Below the pieces are notes generated by a model, which was not told where the DNA came from, did no database searches, and was given only the letters and a program-made list of their open reading frames with translations. This document shows, in pieces, positions 20,000 through 32,390 of a DNA stretch of 58,025 nt. Made by a program: the position numbers and the translations under genes. The first letter of the stretch is position 1. Each line of letters starts with the position of its first letter. Source of the stretch: Gammaproteobacteria bacterium RIFCSPLOWO2_02_FULL_61_13. Its GTDB lineage: Bacteria; Pseudomonadota; Gammaproteobacteria; Eutrophobiales; Eutrophobiaceae. Location of the stretch: NCBI GenBank assembly GCA_001801865.1, contig MGYT01000122.1:2050-60074 (forward strand). The letters run 5' to 3'.

Positions 20000-20279
20000 A
20001 ATGCTGGTTTCCCGAATGGACATCAGTCTTTTCCCGGATTGGCAGCGGGGGCTTTCGAACATAAAATTGCCATCCGGTTAAGGATACAGGTGTGGCGGAA
20101 GAACTCGCAACAAGGCACGCACCCATGCCGCGTGCGACAGACCCGGGCGGACAGGAAAGAGGTATCAACATGCAGGTCATTAACTTAGAATTGCGGCACT
20201 TCTTTGCGGATCCTGCGGCAGCGCGGGATCCGGCCGGCAGCCGCCAACGCCGGCCTTGATTCGCAATCAGGTTCAAATC

Positions 20280-23117
20280 ATGAGCGTGCAAAGTCCATCA
20301 TTCCTGTACAGCGGAAACGCAGCGTACCTGGAAGATTTGTATGAGCAGTTCCTCGCGGACCCAGCAGGCGTAACGCCCGAATGGCAGGCCTATTTCCACT
20401 CAATTGCGGATGGATCTGCGCGGACGGACGTGCCCCATTCGCACATAATCCGGGAACTGGGTGGTGGTGGAATCCGCCCGCTCCAGGGCACCGCACCGGC
20501 TGCGGATGCATCCTCGTTTCAAAAACAGGTTTCCGTACTGCAGTTGATTAACGCGTATCGATTTCGCGGCCATCAGCAGGCCGACCTGGATCCACTGAAG
20601 CAGTACCAGCGGCCCCCGGTCCCGGAACTGGAACCGGCATATCACAATCTCACCGATGCGGATCTCGGCACGGTTTTCAACCCCGGTTCGCTGGTGGCCC
20701 CGAAGGAGTCCACGCTCCGCGAAATACTGTCCATCGTGCGCACCACCTACTGCGGCACCATCGGCGCCGAATACATGCATATCAACGAGACCGAACAGAA
20801 ACGCTGGATCCAGCAACGCCTGGAACAATGCCGGGCCAAACCAGAGTTTCCGCCGGAAAAACGCCTGCGAATTCTGGAGCGACTGATCGCTGCCAATGCA
20901 TTGTGCGAATACCTGCACACCAAATATGTCGGGCAGAAACGCTTTTCAGTGGAGGGCGGGGAAAGCCTGATCCCGCTGCTGGACGAGACCGTGCAAACCT
21001 CCGGCGTACATGGGGTGCGGGAGGTGGTAATCGGCATGGCGCACCGCGGCCGGCTCAATGTGCTGGTGAACATCATCGGCAAACTCCCGCACGAACTGTT
21101 CGGGGAATTTGAGGGCAAAGGCAAGGGCAAGGGGGAAACCTCAGCCGGCGATGTGAAGTACCACCTGGGCTATTCGTCCGACATCCAGACACCGGGTGGC
21201 GTCGTGCACCTGACGCTGTCGTTTAATCCTTCGCACCTGGAAATAATCGATCCGGTCGTGGAAGGGTCGGTGCGCGCGCGCCAGGATCGCCGCCTGGACA
21301 AAAATCGCAACGAAGTCCTGCCGATTTTGCTCCATGGCGATGCCGCATTCGCCGGTCAGGGGGTGGTCATGGAAACCTTCCAGTTATCCCAGACCCGCGG
21401 CTATACCACCGGCGGGACAGTGCATATCATCATCAATAACCAGATCGGATTTACCACCAGCGATCCGCTCGACTCACGTTCTTCGCTCTATTGCACGGAT
21501 GTGGCCAAGGTAGTCCAGGCCCCCATCTTTCACGTCAATGGGGACGACCCGGAAGCAGTCGTTTTTGTCGCCAAGCTAGCGCTGGAATTCCGCATGGAAT
21601 TCAAAAAAGACGTCATCATCGACATGGTCTGCTTCCGCCGCCACGGACACAGCGAGGCGGACGAACCCGCGACCACACAGCCCATCATGTATCGCCAGAT
21701 CCGCAGCCATCCGGGCGTGCGGGCCATCTATTTCGAAAAACTGGCGCACCAGGGGCTCGTCGCGCAGGCGCAACAGGCCGACATGGAGAAAAAGTACGTG
21801 GATTCCCTGGAATCCAACCATGCCGTGGCCGGAACACTGGCAACAAATATCGATACCAAGTTCCAGATCAACTATGCGCCGTACCGTGGCACGCGCTGGG
21901 ATGCGGCCACCGATACGTGCCTCAGCCAGGAAACGGTGCAAAGACTTACCAAACTCCTTACCTCCCTGCCCGAACATTTCAAGCTGCATACCGCGGTCGA
22001 ACGGATTTTGGAAAACCGCCGTCGCATGGGCGCGGGCGAAATGCCCATGGACTGGGGTTATGCCGAAAACCTGGCCTATGCGGCGTTGCTGGAAGAGGGC
22101 ATTCCGGTGCGCATTTCCGGCCAGGACAGCGGCCGCGGCACCTTTTTCCACCGCCATGCGGTGATCCACAATCAGAATGACGGCACGACCCACCTGCCAT
22201 TGCAGCATATCAAGCCGGATCAGCCCACTTTCCTGGTCATCAATTCGACCTTGTCGGAAGAGGCGGTGCTGGCATTCGAATACGGCTATAGCAGCGCGGA
22301 GCCCAATGCGCTGGTGATCTGGGAAGCGCAGTTTGGCGATTTTGCCAACGGGGCCCAGGTGGTTTTCGACCAGTTCATCAGCTCCTGCGAGGCGAAGTGG
22401 GGACGCTATTGCGGCCTCACCGTACTGCTGCCACACGGCTATGACGGACAGGGTCCGGAGCATTCCTCAGCCCGGCTGGAACGCTATCTGCAATTGTGCG
22501 CGGAGGAAAACATGCAAGTCTGCGTGCCCAGCACGCCCGCCCAGATGTTTCACATGCTGCGGCGCCAGGCCCTGCGCCCGTATCGCAAACCGCTGATTGT
22601 CATGAGCCCGAAAAGTCTGTTACGGCACAAGCTGTCCACGTCACCGGTAGAGTCATTGATTAGCGGGAAATTCGACGTGGTGATCGACGAGGTGGACCCC
22701 CTGGATCGCGCGGCGGTAACTCGCCTGCTGTTTTGCGCCGGCAAGGTGTACTTCGATCTGCTGGAGGCGCGGCGCAAGAATAATATCGGCAACATCGCGA
22801 TTGCGCGCATGGAACAACTGTTCCCGTTCCCACAGAGCGAGACAAAGGCCGTGATCAATTCCTATCCGAATCTGCGCGAAGTGGTCTGGGTTCAGGAAGA
22901 ACCGAAAAATCAGGGCAGTTGGTATTACATGCAATCGCGCGGAACCATGATCGGCTGCCTGGCTGACCACCATACTTTCGGTTATGCCGGCCGCTTCTAT
23001 TCCGCGTCACCGGCAGTAGGCTACATGCAGTTGCATCTGCAGCAGCAGAAACAACTGGTGGATGATGCCCTGGAACTCAACAAGATTGAAGTCACGACAC
23101 ATCTGCGGCGGGCGTGA
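20280..23117 (+). CDS. sucA: 2-oxoglutarate dehydrogenase E1 component
   Basis: About 945 aa. N-terminal SFLYSGNAAYLEDLYEQFL and ThDP-binding region. Followed by E2 and E3. Start may be 20256 or 20280. Confidence 0.95.
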   Translation: MSVQSPSFLYSGNAAYLEDLYEQFLADPAGVTPEWQAYFHSIADGSARTDVPHSHIIRELGGGGIRPLQGTAPAADASSFQKQVSVLQLINAYRFRGHQQADLDPLKQYQRPPVPELEPAYHNLTDADLGTVFNPGSLVAPKESTLREILSIVRTTYCGTIGAEYMHINETEQKRWIQQRLEQCRAKPEFPPEKRLRILERLIAANALCEYLHTKYVGQKRFSVEGGESLIPLLDETVQTSGVHGVREVVIGMAHRGRLNVLVNIIGKLPHELFGEFEGKGKGKGETSAGDVKYHLGYSSDIQTPGGVVHLTLSFNPSHLEIIDPVVEGSVRARQDRRLDKNRNEVLPILLHGDAAFAGQGVVMETFQLSQTRGYTTGGTVHIIINNQIGFTTSDPLDSRSSLYCTDVAKVVQAPIFHVNGDDPEAVVFVAKLALEFRMEFKKDVIIDMVCFRRHGHSEADEPATTQPIMYRQIRSHPGVRAIYFEKLAHQGLVAQAQQADMEKKYVDSLESNHAVAGTLATNIDTKFQINYAPYRGTRWDAATDTCLSQETVQRLTKLLTSLPEHFKLHTAVERILENRRRMGAGEMPMDWGYAENLAYAALLEEGIPVRISGQDSGRGTFFHRHAVIHNQNDGTTHLPLQHIKPDQPTFLVINSTLSEEAVLAFEYGYSSAEPNALVIWEAQFGDFANGAQVVFDQFISSCEAKWGRYCGLTVLLPHGYDGQGPEHSSARLERYLQLCAEENMQVCVPSTPAQMFHMLRRQALRPYRKPLIVMSPKSLLRHKLSTSPVESLISGKFDVVIDEVDPLDRAAVTRLLFCAGKVYFDLLEARRKNNIGNIAIARMEQLFPFPQSETKAVINSYPNLREVVWVQEEPKNQGSWYYMQSRGTMIGCLADHHTFGYAGRFYSASPAVGYMQLHLQQQKQLVDDALELNKIEVTTHLRRA

Positions 23118-23326
23118 CCCGGCGGCTGGCTCGCGGGGACAAAAACGAATCAATGCATGATATGACCTGCAATTTAATCGGAAGCTATCTCAAAATTAGC
23201 GAGCGCGGCCGAGACAAGGCGGAAACGGACGAGAAAGCGGAGTTGACACGTCAGTCAATGAGCATTTCGAGTCCGTTTTCAACGCCGTATCGGCAAGCGC
23301 AGCAATTTTGAGAAAGGAGTGACAAC

Positions 23327-24670
23327 GTGCTCGTCGATGTAAAGGTTCCCGTCTTGGCAGAATCCGTGGCCGAAGCCACGCTTATGGCTTGGCACAAGAA
23401 GTCCGGTGATACCGTCAAGCGCGGCGACAGCCTGATAGATATAGAAACCGACAAGGTCACACTCGAGGTCGCTGCTCCCAATGATGGCGTACTGACGGAG
23501 ATATTGAAGCCGGACGGCAGCAGTGTCAGCAGTGACGAAGTGATCGCCCGCATCGAAAGCAAGGGCGCGGGGGCGCAACCGCCAAAACCGGCTGTTGAAT
23601 CCACTGCGCCGAAACCGGCGGCGAAGACTGAATCAGCCCCGCAACAGCAATCATTGCCGGCAGTGCCAGCGCCGGCGCAGGAATCGCGCCTGAGCCCGGC
23701 AGTGCGCAATCTGCTGGAGGAGCACAAACTGAATCCCGCCAGCGTCAAGGGCACCGGACCCGGGGGCAGAATCACCAAGGAGGATGTGCTCGCCCATCTG
23801 GCCCGTCCGTCACCCGTAGCTGCCGCGACCGCGCCGGTTTCGGCTCCTGCACCGCAACGGGCCCCGGTTGGTGCCGTCCCCGCCAGCTCGCCAACCCCAC
23901 CAACCCGGGCGGCCACGCCCGAACCGGCGCCGGTTGCCGCCCCGGCCCGGACCGCCACGCCCATTTCGGGCCGCGGCGAACAACACGTGCCCATGACCCG
24001 CCTGAGGCGCCGCACCGCGGAGCGCCTGTTGAGCGCCCAGCATGAAAACGCAATCCTGACCACTTTCAATGAGGTCAACATGCAGCCGGTCATGGATCTG
24101 CGCAATCGATACAAAAAGGAATTCGAGGAAGCCCACGGCACACGCCTGGGATTCATGTCGTTCTTCACGCGCGCGGCCATCGACGCGTTGAAGAAATTCC
24201 CCATTATCAATGCCTCGGTGGGCGGGGAGGACATCATTTACCACGGTTACTTTGATATCGGCATAGCGGTAAGTTCGCCGCGCGGGCTGGTGGTCCCGGT
24301 TCTGCGCGATGCCGACCAGATGTCCTTCGCCGGGATCGAAACCGCCATCCGCCAATTCGGGGAAAAGGCCCGGGATGGCAAGCTTGCGATTGAAGATCTG
24401 ACGGGCGGGACCTTCACCATTACCAACGGCGGCGTATTCGGTTCGCTGGTGTCAACTCCAATCATCAACCCGCCGCAGAGCGCCATACTGGGCATGCACA
24501 AGGTGCAGGACCGGCCGGTGGCAGAGAACGGCCAGGTGGTGATCCGGCCGATGATGTACCTGGCACTGTCGTACGACCATCGCATCATTGACGGTCGCGA
24601 CGCGGTTCAGTTTCTGGTGGCCATCAAGGACCGCATCGAGGATCCGTCCCGGTTGCTGCTGCAGATTTGA
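23327..24670 (+). CDS. sucB: Dihydrolipoyllysine-residue succinyltransferase (E2o)
   Basis: 447 aa. GTG start 7 nt after AAGGAG. Lipoyl motif [10 protein letters not shown], Pro/Ala linkers, catalytic DHRIIDG. Confidence 0.95.
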   Translation: MLVDVKVPVLAESVAEATLMAWHKKSGDTVKRGDSLIDIETDKVTLEVAAPNDGVLTEILKPDGSSVSSDEVIARIESKGAGAQPPKPAVESTAPKPAAKTESAPQQQSLPAVPAPAQESRLSPAVRNLLEEHKLNPASVKGTGPGGRITKEDVLAHLARPSPVAAATAPVSAPAPQRAPVGAVPASSPTPPTRAATPEPAPVAAPARTATPISGRGEQHVPMTRLRRRTAERLLSAQHENAILTTFNEVNMQPVMDLRNRYKKEFEEAHGTRLGFMSFFTRAAIDALKKFPIINASVGGEDIIYHGYFDIGIAVSSPRGLVVPVLRDADQMSFAGIETAIRQFGEKARDGKLAIEDLTGGTFTITNGGVFGSLVSTPIINPPQSAILGMHKVQDRPVAENGQVVIRPMMYLALSYDHRIIDGRDAVQFLVAIKDRIEDPSRLLLQI

Positions 24671-24688
24671 GTCGCCGCGGAACGCTGA

Positions 24689-26143
<1,455 letters not shown>

Positions 26144-26290
26144 GTCCGTCCGGCTCCCATCATTCGAGGTTAAGGTGGCCACCCAGCCACGATTTTGCTA
26201 ACATTTTGAAGAATTTGTGCACTGCAGCGTAGGCTGGCGACTTTGGCCTCGGCACGGTGCCCGACACGCGTAACCACTACTGGGGAATCC

Positions 26291-27475
26291 ATGAATAAAG
26301 ATGTCGTCATCGTTGCGGCAGTGCGAACTGCCATCGGCAGTTTCGGGGGCGTATTTTCCGAGATACCTGCGCACGTGCTGGGTGCCCGCGCCATCAGCGG
26401 CGTGCTGCAGCGCAGTGGCTGCAAGCCGGAATGGGTCAGCGAAGTAATCATGGGCCAGGTGCTGGCCGCAGGCTGCGGGCAGAACCCGGCGCGCCAGGCG
26501 GCCGTAGCTGCCGGTCTTCCTCACGACATCCCCAGCATGACCATCAACAAGGTTTGCGGCAGCGGGCTGAAGGCCGTGCATCTTGCCGCCCAGGCTGTCG
26601 CCTGTGGCGATGCTGAAGTGGTCATCGCCGGGGGACAGGAAAATATGAGCCTGTCGGCGCACGTCCTGCCACGTTCAAGAAATGGCCAGCGCATGGGTGA
26701 CTGGAGCCTGCGCGACACGATGATCGTGGATGGCCTGTGGGATGCATTCAATGACTACCACATGGGCACCACCGCGGAAAACATTGTGAAAAAGTTCGGC
26801 ATTGCGCGCGAGGAACAGGACGCACTCGCCGCCGCTTCGCAGCAAAAGACTGAAGCAGCCCAGGCTGCCAACCGTTTTCTTGATGAGATTATTCCGGTGG
26901 AGGTTCCCCAGAAAAAGGGCGATCCGTTGCGCATCGACCGCGACGAATTTCCCCGCGCCGGCGTAACCGCCGCCGGACTCGCCAAGATGCGACCGGCTTT
27001 TTCCAAGGACGGCACCGTGACTGCCGCCAATGCGTCCGGCCTCAATGACGGCGCGGCTGCCGTAATGGTCATGTCGGCCGCCAAGGCCGCGCAACTGGGT
27101 CTGACGCCGCTGGCAAAAATCAGGGCTTATGCCAGTGCCGGTGTTGACCCCGCCATCATGGGGACGGGTCCGATCCCGGCCACGCAACGTTGCCTGGAGC
27201 GGGCCGGCTGGAAGGTTACCGATCTTGATCTTATCGAAGCCAATGAAGCATTTGCCGCCCAGGCGATCTCGGTGAATCGCGGCCTGGGCTGGGATACCGC
27301 CAAGGTTAATGTAAATGGCGGCGCCATTGCCCTGGGGCACCCCATCGGGGCGTCAGGTTGCCGCATACTTGTCACCCTGCTTTATGAGATGCAGCGCCGC
27401 AATGCGCACAAAGGCCTGGCCACTCTGTGCATCGGTGGTGGCCAAGGCGTGGCACTGGCCGTGGAACGCGGATGA
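26291..27475 (+). CDS. phaA: Acetyl-CoA acetyltransferase (thiolase II)
   Basis: [20 protein letters not shown], active-site [11 protein letters not shown]-terminal CIGGGQGVA. Start re-set to 26291. Symbol rests on adjacency to phaR only. Confidence 0.85.
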   Translation: MNKDVVIVAAVRTAIGSFGGVFSEIPAHVLGARAISGVLQRSGCKPEWVSEVIMGQVLAAGCGQNPARQAAVAAGLPHDIPSMTINKVCGSGLKAVHLAAQAVACGDAEVVIAGGQENMSLSAHVLPRSRNGQRMGDWSLRDTMIVDGLWDAFNDYHMGTTAENIVKKFGIAREEQDALAAASQQKTEAAQAANRFLDEIIPVEVPQKKGDPLRIDRDEFPRAGVTAAGLAKMRPAFSKDGTVTAANASGLNDGAAAVMVMSAAKAAQLGLTPLAKIRAYASAGVDPAIMGTGPIPATQRCLERAGWKVTDLDLIEANEAFAAQAISVNRGLGWDTAKVNVNGGAIALGHPIGASGCRILVTLLYEMQRRNAHKGLATLCIGGGQGVALAVERG

Positions 27476-27540
27476 CCCATGATTAGCGGGACACCCTGAT
27501 TTTCCGGCACAATTACCTACCCGAGCGACGGAATCCCGCC

Positions 27541-28017
27541 ATGCCAGACAAAAGAATCATCAAGAAATATCCCAATCGGCGCCTGTATGACACCGAGGTG
27601 AGCAAGTACATCACTATTGAGGATGTGCGCCGATTGGTGGTGGAAGGGATTGATTTCTGCGTCAAGGACGTCAAGACCGACGAGGACCTGACCCGCGCCA
27701 TCCTGCTGCAGATCATTGCTGAACAGGAACATGATGGCGCGCCGCTGTTTTCCACCCGAACCCTGACACAGTTGATTCGTTTTTACGGCAACGCCTACCA
27801 GACCGCGTTTGCGGATTACCTGCAACAAAGCATGGACATCTTTTCCACGCAGCAACAGGAGTTTCAGCAGCGGTTGCAGAAAACCGCCACTGCGAATCCA
27901 CTCTCCGCAATGACGGAATTGACCCAGCGCAATCTGGAACTGTGGCAGCAGGTGCAGGACAATTTCTTCAAGGCTGCGGGGTTGGCCCAGCAGCGCAAGG
28001 ACAACCCGCCGGACTAG
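27541..28017 (+). CDS. phaR: Polyhydroxyalkanoate synthesis repressor PhaR
   Basis: 158 aa. IIKKYPNRRLYDTEVSKYITIEDV is the PhaR N-terminal DNA-binding signature. Confidence 0.88.
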   Translation: MPDKRIIKKYPNRRLYDTEVSKYITIEDVRRLVVEGIDFCVKDVKTDEDLTRAILLQIIAEQEHDGAPLFSTRTLTQLIRFYGNAYQTAFADYLQQSMDIFSTQQQEFQQRLQKTATANPLSAMTELTQRNLELWQQVQDNFFKAAGLAQQRKDNPPD

Positions 28018-28103
28018 TGCTGGGCGCAAAATTGCTGCGCTCGCTGATTTTGAGTCCAGCTCTTACCACCGTTCGCGCTGGGAAGCGATAGCCCGTTACA
28101 GCG

Positions 28104-29621
28104 CTAAACGCTGTTCGCCAGACCCAGGATGCTCTCCTCCCCGGCGTCATTTGCCTGCCTGGCGGAGTCGTTGCGTTGGCCCGAAATATGGGCCAGGTAA
28201 TCGTCGCTGACATCACCGGTGACGTAATTCCCGGTAAAACAAGAAGTATCAAATCCTGTGACTTTTCGATTACCGGTGCGGGCGGCTTCAACCAGGTCGG
28301 TGACGTCCTGGTAGATCAGCCAGTCGGCGCCGATCATCGCGGCGACTTCCTCCTCGGTACGGTTGAAGGCAATCAATTCCTCCTGGGTCGGGATATCGAT
28401 GCCGTAGACATTCGGGAAACGCACCGGCGGCGCGGCAGATGCAAAATAGACCTTTTTGGCGCCGGCCTCGCGCGCCATCTGGATGATCTCCCCGGAGGTC
28501 GTCCCGCGCACAATCGAGTCGTCCACCAGCAGGACCACCTTGTTCTTGAATTCCAGGTTGATGGCGTTGAGTTTCTGGCGCACTGACTTCCGGCGCACGC
28601 TCTGGCCGGGCATGATAAAAGTACGCGGAATGTACCGGTTCTTCACGAACCCTTCGCGATACTTTACCCCCAGCTTGTGGGCCAGCGGCAGGGCCGAAGT
28701 ACGGCCCGTATCCGGGATCGGGATGACCACATCAATATCATGCTCCGGTCTTAGCCGGAGGATTTTCCGTGCCAGAGCCTGCCCCATGCGCAACCGGGTC
28801 TTGTACACGGAAATGTCATCTATGATGGAGTCGGGACGGGCGAGGTAGACGTACTCAAATATGCATGGCGTGTGCTGAATTTTATCGGCGCATTGCTGCG
28901 CGTGCATCTCCCCATCCGCGGAAAGGAACACAGCCTCGCCGGGCTGGATGTCCCGCAGCAGGGTAAATCCCAGCGCATGTACTGCGACACTTTCCGACGC
29001 GATAATGTATTCCTTGCCGATGTCGGTGGTGCGCTCCCCGAATACCGCCGGACGAATACCGTGGGGATCCCGGAAACCGACGATCCCCACGCCGGTGATC
29101 ATGGCCACGGCCACGTAACCGCCGCTGCAACGCTCATGCACGCGTCTGACTGCGGCGAAGATATCCGCCGGCCGCAGATTTCGCCGCTGCCGGCCCGCGC
29201 GCTGCAATTCATGCGCGAAGACGTTCAGCAGGACCTCCGAATCCGAATCCGTGTTCAGGTGCCGCAGATCCTGAGTGACGAGATCCTCGCGCAATACATC
29301 CGTATTCACCAGGTTGCCGTTGTGGGCCAAGGTAATGCCATAGGGGGAATTCACGTAGAAGGGCTGGGCCTCGGCGGAAGACGCACAGCCTGCGGTGGGG
29401 TAGCGCACATGGCCAATCCCCATGTTGCCGCGCAGATTGAGCATGTGGCGCGTATGAAAGACGTCGCGAACCATACCGTTGTCCTTGCGCAGGTAGAACT
29501 TTGCGCCGTCACTGGTGACGATGCCCGCTGCATCCTGGCCGCGATGCTGGAGTATGGTCAGTCCGTCATATAACGCCTGATTGACCGGACCCCTGCCTAC
29601 TATGCCGATAATTCCACACAC
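28104..29621 (-). CDS. purF: Amidophosphoribosyltransferase
   Basis: 505 aa. MCGIIGIV Ntn-Cys N-terminus and PRTase motif VVLLVDDSIVRGTT. Confidence 0.96.
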   Translation of the reverse strand: MCGIIGIVGRGPVNQALYDGLTILQHRGQDAAGIVTSDGAKFYLRKDNGMVRDVFHTRHMLNLRGNMGIGHVRYPTAGCASSAEAQPFYVNSPYGITLAHNGNLVNTDVLREDLVTQDLRHLNTDSDSEVLLNVFAHELQRAGRQRRNLRPADIFAAVRRVHERCSGGYVAVAMITGVGIVGFRDPHGIRPAVFGERTTDIGKEYIIASESVAVHALGFTLLRDIQPGEAVFLSADGEMHAQQCADKIQHTPCIFEYVYLARPDSIIDDISVYKTRLRMGQALARKILRLRPEHDIDVVIPIPDTGRTSALPLAHKLGVKYREGFVKNRYIPRTFIMPGQSVRRKSVRQKLNAINLEFKNKVVLLVDDSIVRGTTSGEIIQMAREAGAKKVYFASAAPPVRFPNVYGIDIPTQEELIAFNRTEEEVAAMIGADWLIYQDVTDLVEAARTGNRKVTGFDTSCFTGNYVTGDVSDDYLAHISGQRNDSARQANDAGEESILGLANSV

Positions 29622-29723
29622 GCCTGTAACCCTCCCCGATGGCTCAATCCCGGAATACCGCGTGATACGTCTGCATTGTCGCGTATAAACCGCGTGCCGG
29701 CGACATCCTGCGGCCTCCCCTGG

Positions 29724-30233
29724 TCACCCACCTTCCACCTCGGACTTATAGCCATGGTATTCAACCACGTTTTGCGGCAGAAATTGCTCGGTCCAGACGG
29801 CGATTTCAACAAATGGCGGCAGCAATTTCGACTCCTGCCACATTTTCTCTCTTGGCAACGCGGTGAACCCGGCCAGAAAGACCACGACCCCAATGATAGC
29901 GCCGCCAAGACAGATCCCAAAGCACAGACCAAGAAATCGATCCGCCGCCGTCAGCCCGGAACGACCCAGTAACTTCAGGATGAAATAACCCAGCGCGGAC
30001 AAAATCAAAAGGCTGAGCAAGAACACACCAACAAAGGAGAGCGCCCCCCGAATCAGCGGCGACTCCACGTAGGATTCCAGCAAAGGTGCGAACTGCGCAC
30101 CGAACTTGAGAGCGATCCCCACGGACAACACCCATGCGGTGATCGAAAACACAATGTTCAGGAAACCATAGGCAGCGCCCACTACAGCGGGAAGCAGCAG
30201 GGTCAACAGGATCAAAATATCCGCTACATTCAT
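29724..30233 (-). CDS. cvpA: Colicin V production membrane protein CvpA
   Basis: 169 aa, 4 TM. Conserved position between dedD and purF. Confidence 0.85.
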   Translation of the reverse strand: MNVADILILLTLLLPAVVGAAYGFLNIVFSITAWVLSVGIALKFGAQFAPLLESYVESPLIRGALSFVGVFLLSLLILSALGYFILKLLGRSGLTAADRFLGLCFGICLGGAIIGVVVFLAGFTALPREKMWQESKLLPPFVEIAVWTEQFLPQNVVEYHGYKSEVEGG

Positions 30234-30340
30234 AGGCGCAATCCGCGTGCGGGAATTACACGCGTGGACTCCAGCGCCACAGCCTGTGCCGGCAATATCG
30301 CGATAAAAGCGGCAGTTTCCTCACTGCATTACCGTCAGGG

Positions 30341-31015
30341 CTAGGGGTACGGGACAACAATACCGTCCAGCCCCATATTGGCCTGCAACCGATCACGAAC
30401 CGACTGGGCGCTAGAGCGCCGCAATTCCGGCCCGACCCGAACCCGAAATACCTTCGTCCCACCCTGCTGCAATGGCTCGACAAACGCCGAATAGCCGGAT
30501 TGGCGCAGCTTTTTATTCAGCGACTCTGCATTCTCGGCACTGGCAAAACTGCCCAATTGCACCACCCATGCAGTGACGCCTGCGGCCGGCGGCGCCTGCC
30601 GCGCACTGGCGGGCGTATCTGTGGCGGTTGGTTTCGTTGACGCGGACATGGGGCTGGCCGGAACACCGGCGGCGGCCACTGGCACTGTGCCCTGCGCAAC
30701 CGGTGGGGCGGAACTGGCTGGCGACGCAACCGCGCCCTCGGGCCGGTCCGACGCCGTGACAGGCGCGGCAGCGGATTTCCTGGCTGGCGCCGTTCCGGTT
30801 TCTGCGTCCGCACCCGCTTCCCGGCCGCCACCACCTGGCGCGGCAAGTGGAATGACGCGCGAAGTGAACTCGCCCTCGGGCTGGGGAGGAATATTGGTGC
30901 CGGTAATACCGCTTTCCGGCTGCACGGAATTATCCAGGATCATGGGTATAAAGATCACCGCCAGCATAATCAGCACAGCGGCACCCACCAGCCGCTCTTT
31001 ACGTTGCCTTTCCAT
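30341..31015 (-). CDS. dedD: SPOR-domain cell-division protein (DedD-like)
   Basis: MERQRKERLVGAAVLIMLAVIFIPMIL TM anchor, Pro/Ala linker, C-terminal SPOR (AWVVQLGSFASAENAESLNKKLRQSGYSAF). Start re-set to 31015 (or 31024). The track ORF extension overlaps folC. Confidence 0.75.
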   Translation of the reverse strand: MERQRKERLVGAAVLIMLAVIFIPMILDNSVQPESGITGTNIPPQPEGEFTSRVIPLAAPGGGGREAGADAETGTAPARKSAAAPVTASDRPEGAVASPASSAPPVAQGTVPVAAAGVPASPMSASTKPTATDTPASARQAPPAAGVTAWVVQLGSFASAENAESLNKKLRQSGYSAFVEPLQQGGTKVFRVRVGPELRRSSAQSVRDRLQANMGLDGIVVPYP

Positions 31016-32345
31016 TCTCCACATCTCCCTGCTGTGATTTGATCTCAAGCAATGCCATGGCTGTGCCCACGGTGATAAACGACCCGGTGACGACCACACG
31101 GTCTGCAGCTGTGGACGCGACCAATGCCGCCCGCACGGCAGACGGGACATCCGCATGAACCGATAACGGCACACCGTCGCCGGCGGATTGTACGATCCGG
31201 GCCAGGGCTTCCCCCGGGAATCCGCGTTCGCCACCCAATGACGCCACGTACCAGCTCCCGCCAACCGTAGCCAACTCAGCCACGAAACCTGCGTGGTTCT
31301 TGTCGCGGAGCATCCCCAGGACAATGCGGGTGACGCCCCGGCACGGCATGCGGGCGAGATTGGCGGCCAACGCACGGGCTGCCTGTGGATTGTGTGCGAC
31401 GTCCAGAACAACCGGGATCGGCCCCGGGATCACCTGAAATCGTCCTGGCAGGTTGAATTCCCTGAGTCCGGTGCGGATCGCCGCCTCATCCAGTGGACAT
31501 CGATCCGCGGCCGCCTGCAACACCATCAGGACACCGGCGGCATTCTGTAGCTGGCTGACGTGGTTTGTGTCCGGCCGCGGAAGTTCGCGCAATGCGCGTT
31601 GCCGGCAGTTCCATTCCCAGGTATCACCGTTGTCAATAAATCCAAAGTCCCGATCGAACTGAAGCAGGGTCGCGCCCACCAGGCTGGCCTGATTGGCAAT
31701 ACTCGCCGGCGGATCCGGGTCGGCGCATATGGCGGGCCGCCCGGACCTGAAAATACCCGCCTTTTCCACGCCGATGCTCCGGCGATCGGGTCCCAACCAG
31801 TTTTCATGATCCAGATCCACGGTGGTGATCAACGCCGCGTCCGCATCCAGGATGTTGACTGCGTCAAGCCTGCCACCGAGGCCCACTTCCATCACCGCGA
31901 CATCGATTCCGGCCTCACGAAAAAGCAACAGCGCAGCCAACGTACCGAACTCAAAAAACGTCAATGTAACCTGGCCTCGGGCCCGATCGACCTGATCAAA
32001 AGCACGGCATAGATCAGCATCGGATACCTCGGCCCCGTTTACGCAAATGCGCTCGTTGTAGCGCAGCAGATGGGGTGATGTGTATTTGCCGACCTGGTAC
32101 CCACCCCGGCGCAGAATCAGGTCCAGCAACGTGGTACTGGAGCCTTTGCCGTTGGTGCCACCGACCGTGAGAACCACAAATGGCGCCGGCAGCAGCCCGA
32201 GTTTCTGTGCAACTCCGCGACATCTATCCAGACCCAGGGCAATGGCCGGGTAATGCAGACTTTCCTGCCAACTCAGCCACTCCGCGAGAGTCTGAAATCG
32301 GGTGGGTGAATCGGTCAAAATGGGGGCTGGATGTGGAGTGCTCAT
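30999..32345 (-). CDS. folC: Bifunctional folylpolyglutamate synthase / dihydrofolate synthase
   Basis: 448 aa. P-loop VGGTNGKGS. Mur-ligase fold. accD-folC-dedD synteny. Confidence 0.92.
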   Translation of the reverse strand: MSTPHPAPILTDSPTRFQTLAEWLSWQESLHYPAIALGLDRCRGVAQKLGLLPAPFVVLTVGGTNGKGSSTTLLDLILRRGGYQVGKYTSPHLLRYNERICVNGAEVSDADLCRAFDQVDRARGQVTLTFFEFGTLAALLLFREAGIDVAVMEVGLGGRLDAVNILDADAALITTVDLDHENWLGPDRRSIGVEKAGIFRSGRPAICADPDPPASIANQASLVGATLLQFDRDFGFIDNGDTWEWNCRQRALRELPRPDTNHVSQLQNAAGVLMVLQAAADRCPLDEAAIRTGLREFNLPGRFQVIPGPIPVVLDVAHNPQAARALAANLARMPCRGVTRIVLGMLRDKNHAGFVAELATVGGSWYVASLGGERGFPGEALARIVQSAGDGVPLSVHADVPSAVRAALVASTAADRVVVTGSFITVGTAMALLEIKSQQGDVENGKAT

Positions 32346-32390
32346 GATGCTTGTGAAATTGTGCGCGAGTCAGGTTGGAGCTGCGGGGCA

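Noticed and set aside
23114-23311. 65-codon ORF in the sucA-sucB spacer
   Set aside because: Its GTG start overlaps the sucA stop, there is no SD, and the composition is atypical. I kept it only as part of the 'long spacer' observation.
28018-28103. Possible convergent terminators between phaR and purF
   Set aside because: There are only 5-bp stems (GCGCA-N7-TGCGC; CAGCG-N5-CGCTG) with weak or absent U-tracts. That is not strong enough to annotate.
31016-31411. N-terminal extension of the dedD ORF
   Set aside because: It overlaps folC coding sequence. The true protein begins with the charged-plus-TM anchor MERQRKERLVGAAVLIML.
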